A program made the position numbers and the translations under genes. DNA of 64,000 nucleotides from Candidatus Gottesmanbacteria bacterium (lineage in GTDB: Bacteria > Patescibacteriota > Microgenomatia > UBA10105): positions 7,196 through 71,195 of the forward strand of contig JAHFKJ010000003.1 of NCBI GenBank assembly GCA_023245415.1, given 5' to 3'. Positions 49,219 through 59,930 of this stretch are shown in pieces (the first letter of the stretch is position 1; each line of letters opens with the position of its first letter). The notes beneath the pieces are model-generated. The model did not search any database. It had not been told where the DNA came from and saw only the letters and a list, made by a program, of their open reading frames with translations.

Positions 49219-50106
49219 TTGCTTATGATCAGATTCATGCGCTTCAGTTTGCTTTATTTGATTATTTCAGGACTTATTATCATTCCTGGAATTTACTCTC
49301 TTGTCAAGTTTGGTCTTAGGCCGGCAATAGATTTTACCGGAGGGACTCTCATTGAAGTTATATTTGATTCGGGAAATACTGCAGTAGGCAGATCTGATAT
49401 TCAAAAAATTACTGATACGCAAAAACTGGAAGTAGGTTCAATTCAAGAGACCGGAGTGCGGGCATTTCTAATGCGCCTGAAACCGATTGATACCCATCAA
49501 CATCAGCAACTTTTGGATGCATTTCAAAAAGATTTGGGTAAGGTGACTGAATCGCGATTTGAAACGGTTGGACCTATATTGGGCAAAGAATTACTCGGAA
49601 AAACGTTTGTAGCGGCGATTCTTGCAATTCTTGTGATCTTATCATACGTTGCCTGGGCTTTTCGAGATGTGCGCTTTGGCGTGTCAGCGATTATAGCCAT
49701 GCTTCATGACGTGCTTATAGTTATTAGTGTTTACTCATTTTTAGGTTTTTTTAGGGGAGTTGAAGTAGATTCGTTATTTGTAACTGCAATTTTGACGACT
49801 ATGAGTTTCTCGGTGCATGATACGATTGTGGTATTTGATAGGATACGCGAGTTGCAGAAAAGAATATCCGGTATTCCTTTTGAACAACTGATAGATCAGT
49901 CTATGAATGAAACCATGGTTCGGTCATTGAATAATTCACTCACGATAGTGTTTATGTTGCTAGCACTGTTTTTACTGGGAGGAGCGACCATTAAATGGTT
50001 TGTACTAGCGCTATTAATTGGGACTATTTCCGGAACATATTCTTCTCCGTTTGTGGCAGCCCCAGTACTTTTCTTATGGCACAAAATTCGACATAAAAGA
50101 AAATGA
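49219..50106 (+). CDS. secF: Protein translocase subunit SecF
   Basis: 295 aa; IDFTGGT motif; 6-TM SecF topology; follows secD. Confidence 0.92.
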   Translation: MLMIRFMRFSLLYLIISGLIIIPGIYSLVKFGLRPAIDFTGGTLIEVIFDSGNTAVGRSDIQKITDTQKLEVGSIQETGVRAFLMRLKPIDTHQHQQLLDAFQKDLGKVTESRFETVGPILGKELLGKTFVAAILAILVILSYVAWAFRDVRFGVSAIIAMLHDVLIVISVYSFLGFFRGVEVDSLFVTAILTTMSFSVHDTIVVFDRIRELQKRISGIPFEQLIDQSMNETMVRSLNNSLTIVFMLLALFLLGGATIKWFVLALLIGTISGTYSSPFVAAPVLFLWHKIRHKRK

Positions 50107-50199
50107 ATAAATAAATTTTTTATACTGAATAGTTCAACCTTTTTATAATCTGCATAGTTTTATTAAACCAAGACAAAATTTCTTTAGAACTTTTAGACT

Positions 50200-51585
50200 T
50201 TACGAAGTAATTAACTGATCAGTTTTAATCTTGTTACGTAAATATTGCAACAAGTCCTCTTTGTTATTCTTAAGCTTCTCTGAAATGACATCATTAAAAA
50301 GTTCATTGAGAATTTTTCCCACCTTGGGTCCAGGTTTAAGATTAAATAATTTCATAATTTCATATCCGTCCACTTTGAGATCAGCGACCGTAAACGGTTG
50401 TTTTTGAACTTCTTCGAGTCGCTTCATGTAGAGTCGAAGTCGCCAGGAAGTTTCACGTGCCCCACCACCTAAACGGTCACCAATACGCAAGTCAAGCATA
50501 TCTTGAAGGTTTTCAATGCCTACTCTTCTTATAAAACGGCGTAGTGTTGCATCAGTTTGATTTTCATCAACGGTAAATTGATGCCATCTAACTAACGTAA
50601 TCAGTTTTTCAGTATCTTTATTTGAAAAATTGAGTCGTTTAGCGATATTTTTAGTTATTCTGGCACCAACTACCTCATGATTGTAAAATGTAATTAGTTT
50701 TGAAGGCTCATCTTTATGAAATACTAAAGGTTTACCAATGTCATGTAATAATGTCGCAAAACGAACCACCGGATTTACGGAGGGACAATGTTTAAGTGAC
50801 AAAATCAAGTGCGTGCCTACATCGTATATATGGTGTCGTTTGGGACTTTGTTGTGGGACTCCGAAGCATGTTTCAAGCTCTGGTAAAATTTGCGCAATAA
50901 TTCCCGCGTTTTTAAGCAACATTATGCCATCAGAAGGATAGTGGCTTTTCATGATGTGCATGAGTTCCTGACGAAGGCGATCTGCTGATATATTTTTAAG
51001 TAACTTTACGTTTTGTTGAATTGCCGTAAATGTCGCAGGTTCAATGGTAAATCCAAGTTCAGTAGCTATTCTAATAGCTCGAAGTATACGCAATGCATCT
51101 TCATGAAAGCGTGTGTCAGGATTACCAACACATCTTACTATATTTTGTTCAAGATCTAATTGTCCTTGATATGGATCAATTAACTTTTTACCATCATAAG
51201 CGATCGCACCAATCGTAAAATCACGTCTCCCTAAGTCTTCTTCAAGCGATTTCCCCCAAGTTACCTTATCAGGATGTCGTTTGTCAGTGTAGTCACTTTC
51301 ATGGCGGTAGGTAGTAACCTCATACACATCTTCTACCCAAGATTCATTTGTTTGACGTTTTGACGAGCGAATTTTTATACCTACTGTGCCAAATTCATTA
51401 TCGTAAAAACAGTCGGGGAATAGTTTTTGAATTTCCTGCGGAGTTGCATTTGTAGTGAAATCCCATGCATGTGTAGGACGATTCAGGAGCAGATCACGAA
51501 TTGACCCTCCAACCGCAAAGCATTCAAAGCCCTGGTCGGTAAACGTTTTTATTATGGATAAAACTGATTGTGGTAGTTGTAGCAT
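50200..51585 (-). CDS. cca: CCA-adding tRNA nucleotidyltransferase with HD domain
   Basis: FAVGGSIRDLLL (GGxVRD), RRDFTINA-like RRDFTIGA, HD motif LLHDIGK. Start placed at the internal ATG at 51585 (MLQLPQ...) by N-terminal length; the ATG at 51639 is the alternative. Confidence 0.85.
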   Translation of the reverse strand: MLQLPQSVLSIIKTFTDQGFECFAVGGSIRDLLLNRPTHAWDFTTNATPQEIQKLFPDCFYDNEFGTVGIKIRSSKRQTNESWVEDVYEVTTYRHESDYTDKRHPDKVTWGKSLEEDLGRRDFTIGAIAYDGKKLIDPYQGQLDLEQNIVRCVGNPDTRFHEDALRILRAIRIATELGFTIEPATFTAIQQNVKLLKNISADRLRQELMHIMKSHYPSDGIMLLKNAGIIAQILPELETCFGVPQQSPKRHHIYDVGTHLILSLKHCPSVNPVVRFATLLHDIGKPLVFHKDEPSKLITFYNHEVVGARITKNIAKRLNFSNKDTEKLITLVRWHQFTVDENQTDATLRRFIRRVGIENLQDMLDLRIGDRLGGGARETSWRLRLYMKRLEEVQKQPFTVADLKVDGYEIMKLFNLKPGPKVGKILNELFNDVISEKLKNNKEDLLQYLRNKIKTDQLITS

Positions 51586-51603
51586 ACTGGTATTATACCT
51601 TGT

Positions 51604-53292
51604 ATGTATAACCGTTGGAAAATTCAAGAGACTTTTCAAAAAAATAACGGCGAGATTTCACCAGAAACAATTATACAAACTATTCTTCATAATCGGGGAA
51701 TATTTAATAGTGCTATATCCGATTTTTTAGATCCACCAGATCCAAATACTTTTACGCCTGTTCAAGTAGAAATTGACCAGAATGTTCTTCAAAAAGCAAT
51801 TACGCGAATACAAAAAGCGATTGAAAGTAAGGAATCAGTTATTGTCTACGCGGACTATGACGCAGATGGAGTATCAGCCGGTTCTATCATGTGGGAAACA
51901 CTTCATACTTTAGGGGCCAATGTTATGCCGTATATTCCGCATCGGGTTGAGGAAGGATATGGATTGTCTGTCAAAGGTATTGATGCAGTAAAAAGCAAAT
52001 ATAATCCTTCATTAATTATTACAGTTGACCACGGGATTACCGCTCGTGAAAAAGTCAGCTATGCCCAAAAACAGAATATTGAAGTTATCGTAACTGACCA
52101 TCATGTCAAACCTCTGTTACTGCCGAACTGTCTCATTGTTCATACAACCAAAATGTGTGGTGCAGGCGTTGCCTGGTTTGTTGCAAAAGAGCTGCTAAAA
52201 ATAGCTGATCAGCTAACCCCCGAATTCTCGGACGAATTATTAGTACTTGCGTGTATCGGAACAATTGCAGATATGGTTCCGTTAATCGATGTAAATAGAG
52301 CAATCGCAAGATATGGATTGCAGAAACTTAATAAGACCAGTCGTGTTGGTCTAAAAGCGTTAATTAAAGAATCGGGTTTAATGATGGGTAGTATAGAAGC
52401 TTATTCAATCTCTCATGTTATAGCTCCAAGGTTGAATGCCATGGGTCGACTAGATCATGCTTTGGATGCATTGCGGTTATTGTGTACAAAACAGGAAAAA
52501 AAAGCGCTAACCCTGTCCCAAAAGTTAGGTGAAATTAACCGCGAGCGCCAGGATCTGACTTCTGAAACAGCCCGGAATGCTAAATCTATATTAGAAAAGC
52601 AAATTCAAAAGAGCGGCTCATCAAAATTAATTTTTGTAGCAGATGATCTGTTTAATCAGGGCGTCATCGGTTTAGTAGCGGGGAAACTTGTTGAAACCTA
52701 TTACCGTCCGGCGATTGTTGTTGCCCGGGGTGAATTTGTTTCCTAAGCTTCGGCAAGGTCAATACACGGCTTCAATATTATTGAATTTATTCGCAGTTGT
52801 AGTGATTTGCTGGTTGATATGGGTGGACATCCCATGGCAGCAGGTTTTACTGTCGAGACAAGTAAATTGAAACTTCTTCAGAATCGACTCGAACAAGCGA
52901 TCGAAGATAAATTGAGTCAAAGTTTACTTGAACGAATACTGATCGTCGACGCAGAAATTCCATTAATGGTTATAACTCGTCAGTTTTGGGATAGTATCCA
53001 AGTATTTGCTCCTTTTGGAATAGGAAATTATATTCCGGTATTTGCCTCAAAAAACGTGAATATTACAGACAAGCGATTGTTAGGAGCCGAAGGTAAACAT
53101 TTGAAATTAAAAGTTAATGATGAGGATTCGCTTCATAAAAATCAGATATTTGATGTTGTTGGGTTTAACCTGGGTCATCTTTATAGTAAAATTTCGCTCC
53201 ATAAGCCTGTTGATATAGCATATGCTGTAGATTTAAATCAATGGAATGGGTATACTAATTTACAATTAAAATTAAAAGATATAATTATATGA
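51604..53292 (+). pseudogene. recJ: Single-stranded-DNA exonuclease RecJ interrupted by one in-frame TAA (52744-52746); both parts are in the same frame
   Basis: DHH motifs (YADYDADGVSAG, VDHGIT, TDHHV) in 51604..52746; after the TAA the same frame continues ASARSIHGFNIIEFIRSCSDLLVDMGGHPMAAGFTVE (DHHA1 GGH motif) through 53292; the stop sits where RecJ proteins have K/G in a conserved KGS-RS segment. Confidence 0.8.
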
Positions 53293-54680
53293 GAATTCTT
53301 GCAAATCAAACACTAGACAAAATCGGCCAGGAAATCGAGTTGTGTGGTTGGATTGATAAGATCCGCAGTCATGGAAAAATTATTTTTTTGGATCTACGGG
53401 ATCGCAGTGGAATTATTCAATTGGTAGCAACGAACGAACGGATAAGAGTCGGATTGGAGGATGTAGTTACCGTAAAAGGCAGAGTTAAAAAAAGACCGGA
53501 AAATCTGATAAACCCAAAACTAATGACCGGCACTATCGAAATTGAGGTTATAAAGCTCATTACTTTAACTATAGCCAAAGATTTGCCTTTTCCAATTAAT
53601 ACAGATGGATATGAAATAAACGAAGAAATTAGATCTAAATATCGGTATCTGGATATAAGACGGCCGCGCATGATTAAAAATCTCAGGCTGCGTTCTCAAG
53701 TGACGACGTTTATAAGAAATTTCCTCACCGCCCAAGACTTCGTAGAAATAGAAACTCCGCTACTTACCAAAACAACTCCGGAGGGAGCGCGAGATTTTAT
53801 CGTACCATCACGGTTGCAACGAGGTAAATTTTACGCACTGCCTCAATCTCCTCAACAGTACAAACAACTGTTGATGGTGGCAGGAGTCGAACGCTATTTT
53901 CAAATCGTCCGTTGTTTTCGCGATGAGGATCCGCGTGCAGATCGGGCTTATGGAGAATTTACTCAGCTGGATATGGAATTATCATTTGTTTCCCAGGAAG
54001 ATATACTGCGTCTTACCGAAGATATGTTTACGCAGGTTATTTCAAAAATTTTTCCAGACAAATATATTTCTCAAGTTCCCTGGCCGCGAATCCCGCATAA
54101 AATAGCTAAAGAAAAATACGGTACAGACAAACCTGACATACGCAAAAATAAACAGGATCCCAACGAATTAGCATTTTCCTGGACACTTGATTTTCCGTTG
54201 TTTACACAGCAATCACAAAAAGATTATTACTATGGATCGGGAAATTCTAAATTCGCACCATCTCATCACATGTTCACCGCACCGCACCCGGATGATGTTC
54301 CTTTGCTTGAAGAAAATCCCATGAAAGTTAGAGGTTTACAACATGATTTGGTGCTTAATGGATACGAAGTTGGAGGAGGAAGTATCAGAATTCACGATTC
54401 AAAAGTTCAGGAAAAAATATTTGAACTTATCGGTTTTACTCCTCGACAAAAACAACAATTCGAGCATATGTTGACGGCTTTTACATACGGTGTGCCTCCT
54501 CACGGCGGAATTGCTCCCGGGATAGATCGATTTATGATGGCAGTTTTGGGAGAACCAAGTGTACGGGAGGTTATGGCGTTTCCCACTTCCGCCTCTGGAC
54601 AGACGAGTGTTATGGATGCGCCAAGCCAGGTAACTGAAAAACAGCTGGCAGAACTAGGCCTGATTCTGGGTATAAATTAA
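53289..54680 (+). CDS. aspS: Aspartyl-tRNA synthetase, short (archaeal/non-discriminating-like) form
   Basis: OB-fold N-terminus; motif 2 FRDEDPRADRAYGEFTQLDME; QSPQQYKQ flipping loop; motif 3 GGIAPGIDR; 463 aa with no GAD insertion. Confidence 0.85.
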   Translation: MRILANQTLDKIGQEIELCGWIDKIRSHGKIIFLDLRDRSGIIQLVATNERIRVGLEDVVTVKGRVKKRPENLINPKLMTGTIEIEVIKLITLTIAKDLPFPINTDGYEINEEIRSKYRYLDIRRPRMIKNLRLRSQVTTFIRNFLTAQDFVEIETPLLTKTTPEGARDFIVPSRLQRGKFYALPQSPQQYKQLLMVAGVERYFQIVRCFRDEDPRADRAYGEFTQLDMELSFVSQEDILRLTEDMFTQVISKIFPDKYISQVPWPRIPHKIAKEKYGTDKPDIRKNKQDPNELAFSWTLDFPLFTQQSQKDYYYGSGNSKFAPSHHMFTAPHPDDVPLLEENPMKVRGLQHDLVLNGYEVGGGSIRIHDSKVQEKIFELIGFTPRQKQQFEHMLTAFTYGVPPHGGIAPGIDRFMMAVLGEPSVREVMAFPTSASGQTSVMDAPSQVTEKQLAELGLILGIN

Positions 54681-54723
54681 TCAAATCACAAATAAGCTTG
54701 AGACTAATATATCTTAACATTGC

Positions 54724-55698
54724 ATGCCCAAAAAAAATCCATATAAAAATATAAAATCTCATACCTTTGGGAAAGCTATTTCTTACAAATGGTTATATAT
54801 CATAGGAATTAGTATTTTGGTCATGCTTTTGCCTGTGCAAAATGGATACGCGTTGCGTTCTATTTTTGAAACCTACGAAACTCAGACTGAATTAGTGCCT
54901 CCTATTCCAGCGTCTGTGCCAGTTGATTTACATATATCCAGTCCACCTGATCTATCAGCTGAAGCCATTGCAATAACGGATGTTGGGTCGAATGTCAGGA
55001 TGTATCAAAAGAACGCTAATGCGCGTTTGTATCCCGCCTCAATTACCAAAATTATGACGGCACTTGTCGCTCAAGAAGCATATCGGCTTGAAGAAGTAGT
55101 CACTGTAGAAAAATTGACAGACGAAGGCCAGGTAATGGGATTGAAGCCAAACGAATCAATTACTGTGGAGAATTTATTATATGGAATATTGGTACATTCA
55201 GCAAATGATGCAGCGTATGTTTTAGCAGCGCATTATCCCAGAGGCGTTGCAGGATTTGTACAGCGAATGAATGAAAAAGCCTTTGAGCTTAATTTGAAGG
55301 ATACGCATTTTGCAAATCCTAGTGGTCTGGATGATCCAGAAAATTATTCAACCGCTTCAGATATTAGCACTCTTAGTATATTTGCTCTAAAAAATCCTGT
55401 CATTAGTAAAATTGTCAGCGTGCCTCAAATAACGGTATCCGACATTAATTTCGTGACTTTTCACAATTTGAAAAACGTTAATGAATTATTAGGAAAAATT
55501 CCCGGGGTATCCGGGTTTAAAACCGGTTTTACCCAAACAGCAGGTCAGTCACTCGTGACTACAGTACAAAGAAATAACCACAAAATTATTATTGTCGTAC
55601 TCAAAAGCACAGATCGATTTAAAGAGACCGAAGAATTGGTTACTTGGGTTTTTCCTAACTTTGCCTGGCAGGAGTTGGGTCCTAAAGAAATGAAATAA
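54724..55698 (+). CDS. dacA: D-alanyl-D-alanine carboxypeptidase (S11, PBP5/6-like)
   Basis: Signal/TM; SxxK SITK; SxN SAND; KTG KTGFT. Confidence 0.85.
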   Translation: MPKKNPYKNIKSHTFGKAISYKWLYIIGISILVMLLPVQNGYALRSIFETYETQTELVPPIPASVPVDLHISSPPDLSAEAIAITDVGSNVRMYQKNANARLYPASITKIMTALVAQEAYRLEEVVTVEKLTDEGQVMGLKPNESITVENLLYGILVHSANDAAYVLAAHYPRGVAGFVQRMNEKAFELNLKDTHFANPSGLDDPENYSTASDISTLSIFALKNPVISKIVSVPQITVSDINFVTFHNLKNVNELLGKIPGVSGFKTGFTQTAGQSLVTTVQRNNHKIIIVVLKSTDRFKETEELVTWVFPNFAWQELGPKEMK

Positions 55699-55705
55699 AG
55701 ATTTA

Positions 55706-56758
55706 TTATTCTGTCCACGGCATAGCCACAGCCGAAACATAAGCTAAAAATTTGTTTTCACCTTCAAAAACAAATACAGGTTGTAAAAAAAATTGTGATT
55801 CCCGGCTATCGTATAATGCAAGCGAAATATTTGTGATTGTAAATTGAGTTTGATTAGGAGTATATGAGGCAAAATATCCCTGACTAGACTGTAGTTCCTC
55901 CCAAGCTTCCGTACTCGTTTTTAACTTATAGATACCAACAGTCTTAATATCAATAGGCCAATAATTATTACGGGCATACAATATACGTTTATCCGATTTT
56001 TTAGAACTGCCCAAAATAATTTCAATTAACCCCTCATTTGGTCTATCTGTCAGAACTCTAAATCCGTTTAAATTATTACGAAATAAATCAACTCGGACGG
56101 CGTCTGCTTGAGATTGACTAGTAGTTACAACAAGTTGATCACCTTCGAGCTTTAAATAAGTAAAAGTTGGTTTAGCAATGTTTAAATCTGAAATTCCTAG
56201 GTTCGATGTTTGTAAAAAATTTATTACTTCGCCCATGGTTTGTTCCCTAGTAGGAACATTTCTTTCAGTAAATAGTGTCAGATCATGAGCGTATGCATAT
56301 TCGAGAGTAAAATGGTTGCTAACAGTGTCCAGTTCAATTAGACGTAAAGGATTTTTGGTATCAATCCAACGGTACACCGTATCTTTTATCAAATGGGGAG
56401 TAGAAGTAAAACCTAGTTTACCTACAAAAGTTTGCGCTTTGGAAAGTGAAAGTAAGTTCACTCTATTTTTAGGCATGAAATAAACCCGTGCTGCACTAGA
56501 TGCAACTGGTATTTTGCCTTCAATCGTTTGAAGAGTAAATTTAAGTTGTCCCGAAGGTGAGGCAACTTCCGGGAAATTTAGTTTATAAAGTTTCCCAAAG
56601 TAGTTATTAGGTCTTAAGGGTGGTGGCGGCAGAACGTTTTTGATCACGTCAACGATATAAATAAAAATCAGACGAATGAATATAAAAACTACAAATCCAA
56701 TTATGCTCCATTTGATAATTTTTCTAGAATAATAGGCAGTTTCTGTTAGCGTCGCCAT
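55706..56758 (-). CDS. Hypothetical N-terminally anchored extracytoplasmic protein
   Basis: 350 aa; single N-terminal TM (IIGFVVFIFIRLIFIYIV); no recognised motifs. Confidence 0.45.
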   Translation of the reverse strand: MATLTETAYYSRKIIKWSIIGFVVFIFIRLIFIYIVDVIKNVLPPPPLRPNNYFGKLYKLNFPEVASPSGQLKFTLQTIEGKIPVASSAARVYFMPKNRVNLLSLSKAQTFVGKLGFTSTPHLIKDTVYRWIDTKNPLRLIELDTVSNHFTLEYAYAHDLTLFTERNVPTREQTMGEVINFLQTSNLGISDLNIAKPTFTYLKLEGDQLVVTTSQSQADAVRVDLFRNNLNGFRVLTDRPNEGLIEIILGSSKKSDKRILYARNNYWPIDIKTVGIYKLKTSTEAWEELQSSQGYFASYTPNQTQFTITNISLALYDSRESQFFLQPVFVFEGENKFLAYVSAVAMPWTE

Positions 56759-56874
56759 ACACTATCTATTTATTAGTTGTGATAAGATCTTCTGTAATTT
56801 TATTCCTTAGGATGATTCCGGTTTAATCGGGATCACTTTGAGTATACGGTGCGAGCGTGTTAGAATCAACCTGT

Positions 56875-58299
56875 ATGCAGACAGTAAGAACAAGAATTGC
56901 GCCATCTCCGAGTGGAAATCTACATGTTGGGACGGCTCACACGGCATTATTTAACTTTTTCTTTGCCCGGCATTTTAAGGGCAAGTTTATTTTGCGGATT
57001 GATGATAGCGATCAATCTCGATCTCAGAAAAAATACGAAATAAACATCATTGAGAGTTTACGGTGGTTAGGTATTCAATGGGATGAAGGCCCTGATATCG
57101 GCGGTCCATATTCGCCGTATAGACAAAGTGAGCGTAAGAATACATATCACACCTATTTAGAAAAACTGCTGTATGACGGAAACGCCTATTACTGCTACTG
57201 TACGCCAGATGAATTAAATTCGGAGAGAAAACTGCAAGAACAGCAAAAGATCGCAACTAAATATAGCGGAAAATGCAGTTTATTAACGAAGGCCGACACA
57301 CAAGAATTAATAGACCAGGGTCGCAAACCTGCCGTACGATTTAAAAATCCTTGCGCTCGAATTACTTTCACAGATCTTATTCGCGGGACGATAACTGTTG
57401 ACACTTCATTATTTGGGGATTTTATTATCGCTCGCAGTGATGGTACTACACTACTCAATTTAGCGGCAACGATTGACGATATTGAAATGAAAATTACACA
57501 CGCCATACGCGGAGAGGATTTTCTAAACCTAGTTCCGCGGCAGATACTTTTATTTAATGCGTTAGGATATATTCCACCTCAATTTGCTCATCTCTCTTTT
57601 TTATATGCCCCCGACAAAACTAAATTAAGTAAACGGCATGGTGCAACCTCGGTGACCGAATATAAAGATATGGGTATTCTTCCCGAAGCAATGATTAATT
57701 ATCTAGCTACACTAGGATGGGCGATTCCTCCAGCAATTATTGAACGGAATAAACTAAAAGGAGTAGCTGAGGAAATTGTAAGTTTCCAAGAAATTATCGA
57801 AAATTTTCAAATTGAAGATGTGAAATCATCGGCTCCGATTTTTGATATCGAAAAATTAAAATGGATGAATGGAGTATATATCCGATCATTGTCTGACGAA
57901 CAACTCTTTAAACGCGTCGAGAATTTAATTCCTCAAGATGTAGATAAAAAACGCACATTAAGAATTGCAGCGTTAGCTAAAAATCGGATGAAAACCTTAA
58001 ATGATTTCACGATGTATCTTAAACCTTTTCTTCATTATGTGACGGTAAAACTCGAAAACAATCAACATGAACTAGTGTCTAAGTTTCTGCCACAATTTAA
58101 CACCATCAAAAATTGGAATGCTGTTGAACTTGAATCAATTTGTAAGCAAATCGTTAATGATGGACAGCTGTCAATTCGAGATACATTTATGGCTTTACGG
58201 CTCGCCGTTACCGGTGAAAAAATCGGACTACCATTATTTGAAACACTCGATATTATGGGTAAAAAAGAGGTGTTAAGTCGAATGGAAAAAGTAGAGTAA
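56875..58299 (+). CDS. gltX: Glutamyl-tRNA synthetase
   Basis: HIGH-class APSPSGNLHVGTAHTA; KMSKS as KLSKR; ATG at 56875 fits the GluRS N-terminus (the track start is a GTG at 56857). Confidence 0.92.
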   Translation: MQTVRTRIAPSPSGNLHVGTAHTALFNFFFARHFKGKFILRIDDSDQSRSQKKYEINIIESLRWLGIQWDEGPDIGGPYSPYRQSERKNTYHTYLEKLLYDGNAYYCYCTPDELNSERKLQEQQKIATKYSGKCSLLTKADTQELIDQGRKPAVRFKNPCARITFTDLIRGTITVDTSLFGDFIIARSDGTTLLNLAATIDDIEMKITHAIRGEDFLNLVPRQILLFNALGYIPPQFAHLSFLYAPDKTKLSKRHGATSVTEYKDMGILPEAMINYLATLGWAIPPAIIERNKLKGVAEEIVSFQEIIENFQIEDVKSSAPIFDIEKLKWMNGVYIRSLSDEQLFKRVENLIPQDVDKKRTLRIAALAKNRMKTLNDFTMYLKPFLHYVTVKLENNQHELVSKFLPQFNTIKNWNAVELESICKQIVNDGQLSIRDTFMALRLAVTGEKIGLPLFETLDIMGKKEVLSRMEKVE

Positions 58300-58302
58300 T
58301 TA

Positions 58303-59166
58303 TTAAAAAGTTTCCTGCCAGTGTGGGTTTACATCCACTTGCAGATCGAGAAATATTTTTTTGCCAGTTGCTGCCTCAAGTTCTTTTCGGGTTAAAATAC
58401 CGATTTCTTTGATCATCGCTCCATTTTTACCAATAATCATGACTTTATAACGATCTGCGGTTGTCACTATACGCCCTTTTATATACAGGGTATGTTGATT
58501 GCGATTCTCGATAGTGTCAACTTGTGTTTGAACTGTATATGGTAATTCTTTACGCATTAGTAAAAATACTTTTTCTCGGATAATTTCAGAAAGATAAAGT
58601 TTGCTGTCTAAGTTTAGTCCTGGTTGTATCATATTCGTTGTGTCAACGAGTTTCTCGCCTATAGGCAGTAGATCAAAGATTGCATTCATTAAGAGATTTA
58701 AATTAAAGTGAGTTAGAGCAGAGACTTGTATCACTGGTTGAAACTCCGCTTCATAAAAAGAATATTCCGCCCAAAAATCAGGTGTTTTTATATCAGCTTT
58801 ATTTACAACGAGTATCTTTGGTTTGGTAATTTTTCTAACCCAGCCCAATATACGGTTCTCTTCTTTATCACGTGAACGGGTGTGATCAATTACGTAAACG
58901 ACTAAGTCAAACTCTTCCTGCTTATAAAACGCTTCCAAATTGTGGTTTATTGTTCGTGAGAGAGTATCCTCGGCTTTGCCAAACATTCCCGGTGTATCTA
59001 TAAAAATTATTTGACCTCTTTCGTCCTCGTATACCGCCTCCAGAGGAAAGCGCGTGGTTTGTGGTTTTGGTGACGTGATGGATACTTTGTGCCCCAGAAG
59101 GTTATTAAGTAGAGTTGATTTGCCCGAGTTGGGTCGACCGGTCAATAGAACTTTACCAACTTTCAT
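58303..59166 (-). CDS. era: GTPase Era
   Basis: G1 GRPNSGKST; G3 DTPG; G4 NKAD; C-terminal KH domain; start at the internal ATG at 59166 (MKVGKV...), the track extension being a TTG-initiated overhang. Confidence 0.92.
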   Translation of the reverse strand: MKVGKVLLTGRPNSGKSTLLNNLLGHKVSITSPKPQTTRFPLEAVYEDERGQIIFIDTPGMFGKAEDTLSRTINHNLEAFYKQEEFDLVVYVIDHTRSRDKEENRILGWVRKITKPKILVVNKADIKTPDFWAEYSFYEAEFQPVIQVSALTHFNLNLLMNAIFDLLPIGEKLVDTTNMIQPGLNLDSKLYLSEIIREKVFLLMRKELPYTVQTQVDTIENRNQHTLYIKGRIVTTADRYKVMIIGKNGAMIKEIGILTRKELEAATGKKIFLDLQVDVNPHWQETF

Positions 59167-59385
59167 AGGGGTAATTGTAACATATACTATATCCGATCTA
59201 ATCTTTATGAACACAGAAATAGAAATAATCAAAAGCAGCCAAAGCTTGATGATTGCCAGGAATTGATTTTTAAATTAAACGGCATCAGAAACAGTTCACC
59301 GTTCATATCTGTAAGGCATAAAATAACCTAACTTGATCTTAAATGTAAAAATCTATATGCTTATCATCACGAAAAAGGAATATAT

Positions 59386-59865
59386 ATGCCGCACAAAGAA
59401 AAATCGATAAATTACACGATTTTTGGAATAATTGGAGTTGCTTTAGTCTTATTGCTTCTTATTATCATGTCAAAGAGAAAGTTGAGTCCTGCAATTCTTC
59501 ATCCCCAAACAACTCCTAAATTGACCGCTGAAAATGAATTCTCCCAAAATATTCCTGATGGAACAGATGTAATTGGGTCCAGTCCAAAAAGTATAATTTC
59601 TAACACAGAAAGTCAAAAATTGACACTTGCACTAATTTCTCCTGCAAATGGCAGTACAGTAAAGACTCAGGTAATTCTAGTAAAAGGTAAAACATTGGCC
59701 AACGCAGAAGTTTTTGTGAATGAAATAGATGCTAAGGCAGATGCAAATGGCAATTTTAGCGTGAGTTATACATTGGAAGAAGGTGAAAATTATCTTGTCA
59801 TAGGAGCAAATAGTACCCAAGGTGCTTATCGGGAGACAGAGGTGAAGGTAACTTATGAACCTTAG
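59386..59865 (+). CDS. Hypothetical membrane-anchored protein with Ig-like beta domain
   Basis: 159 aa; N-terminal TM; AAGGA Shine-Dalgarno; no recognised family. Confidence 0.45.
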   Translation: MPHKEKSINYTIFGIIGVALVLLLLIIMSKRKLSPAILHPQTTPKLTAENEFSQNIPDGTDVIGSSPKSIISNTESQKLTLALISPANGSTVKTQVILVKGKTLANAEVFVNEIDAKADANGNFSVSYTLEEGENYLVIGANSTQGAYRETEVKVTYEP

Positions 59866-59930
59866 GATCCTGTTTATGAACCTTTTTGCAAGCTTATATG
59901 TATCACATTTTGAATAGAAAGGACTTATAA

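Noticed and set aside
52744-52746. Hypothesis that the in-frame stop in recJ reflects an alternative genetic code (as in UGA-recoding CPR lineages)
   Set aside because: The codon is TAA, not TGA. TGA and TAA clearly terminate recA, ruvA and many other genes here, and the ORF track built with the standard code recovers full-length conserved proteins
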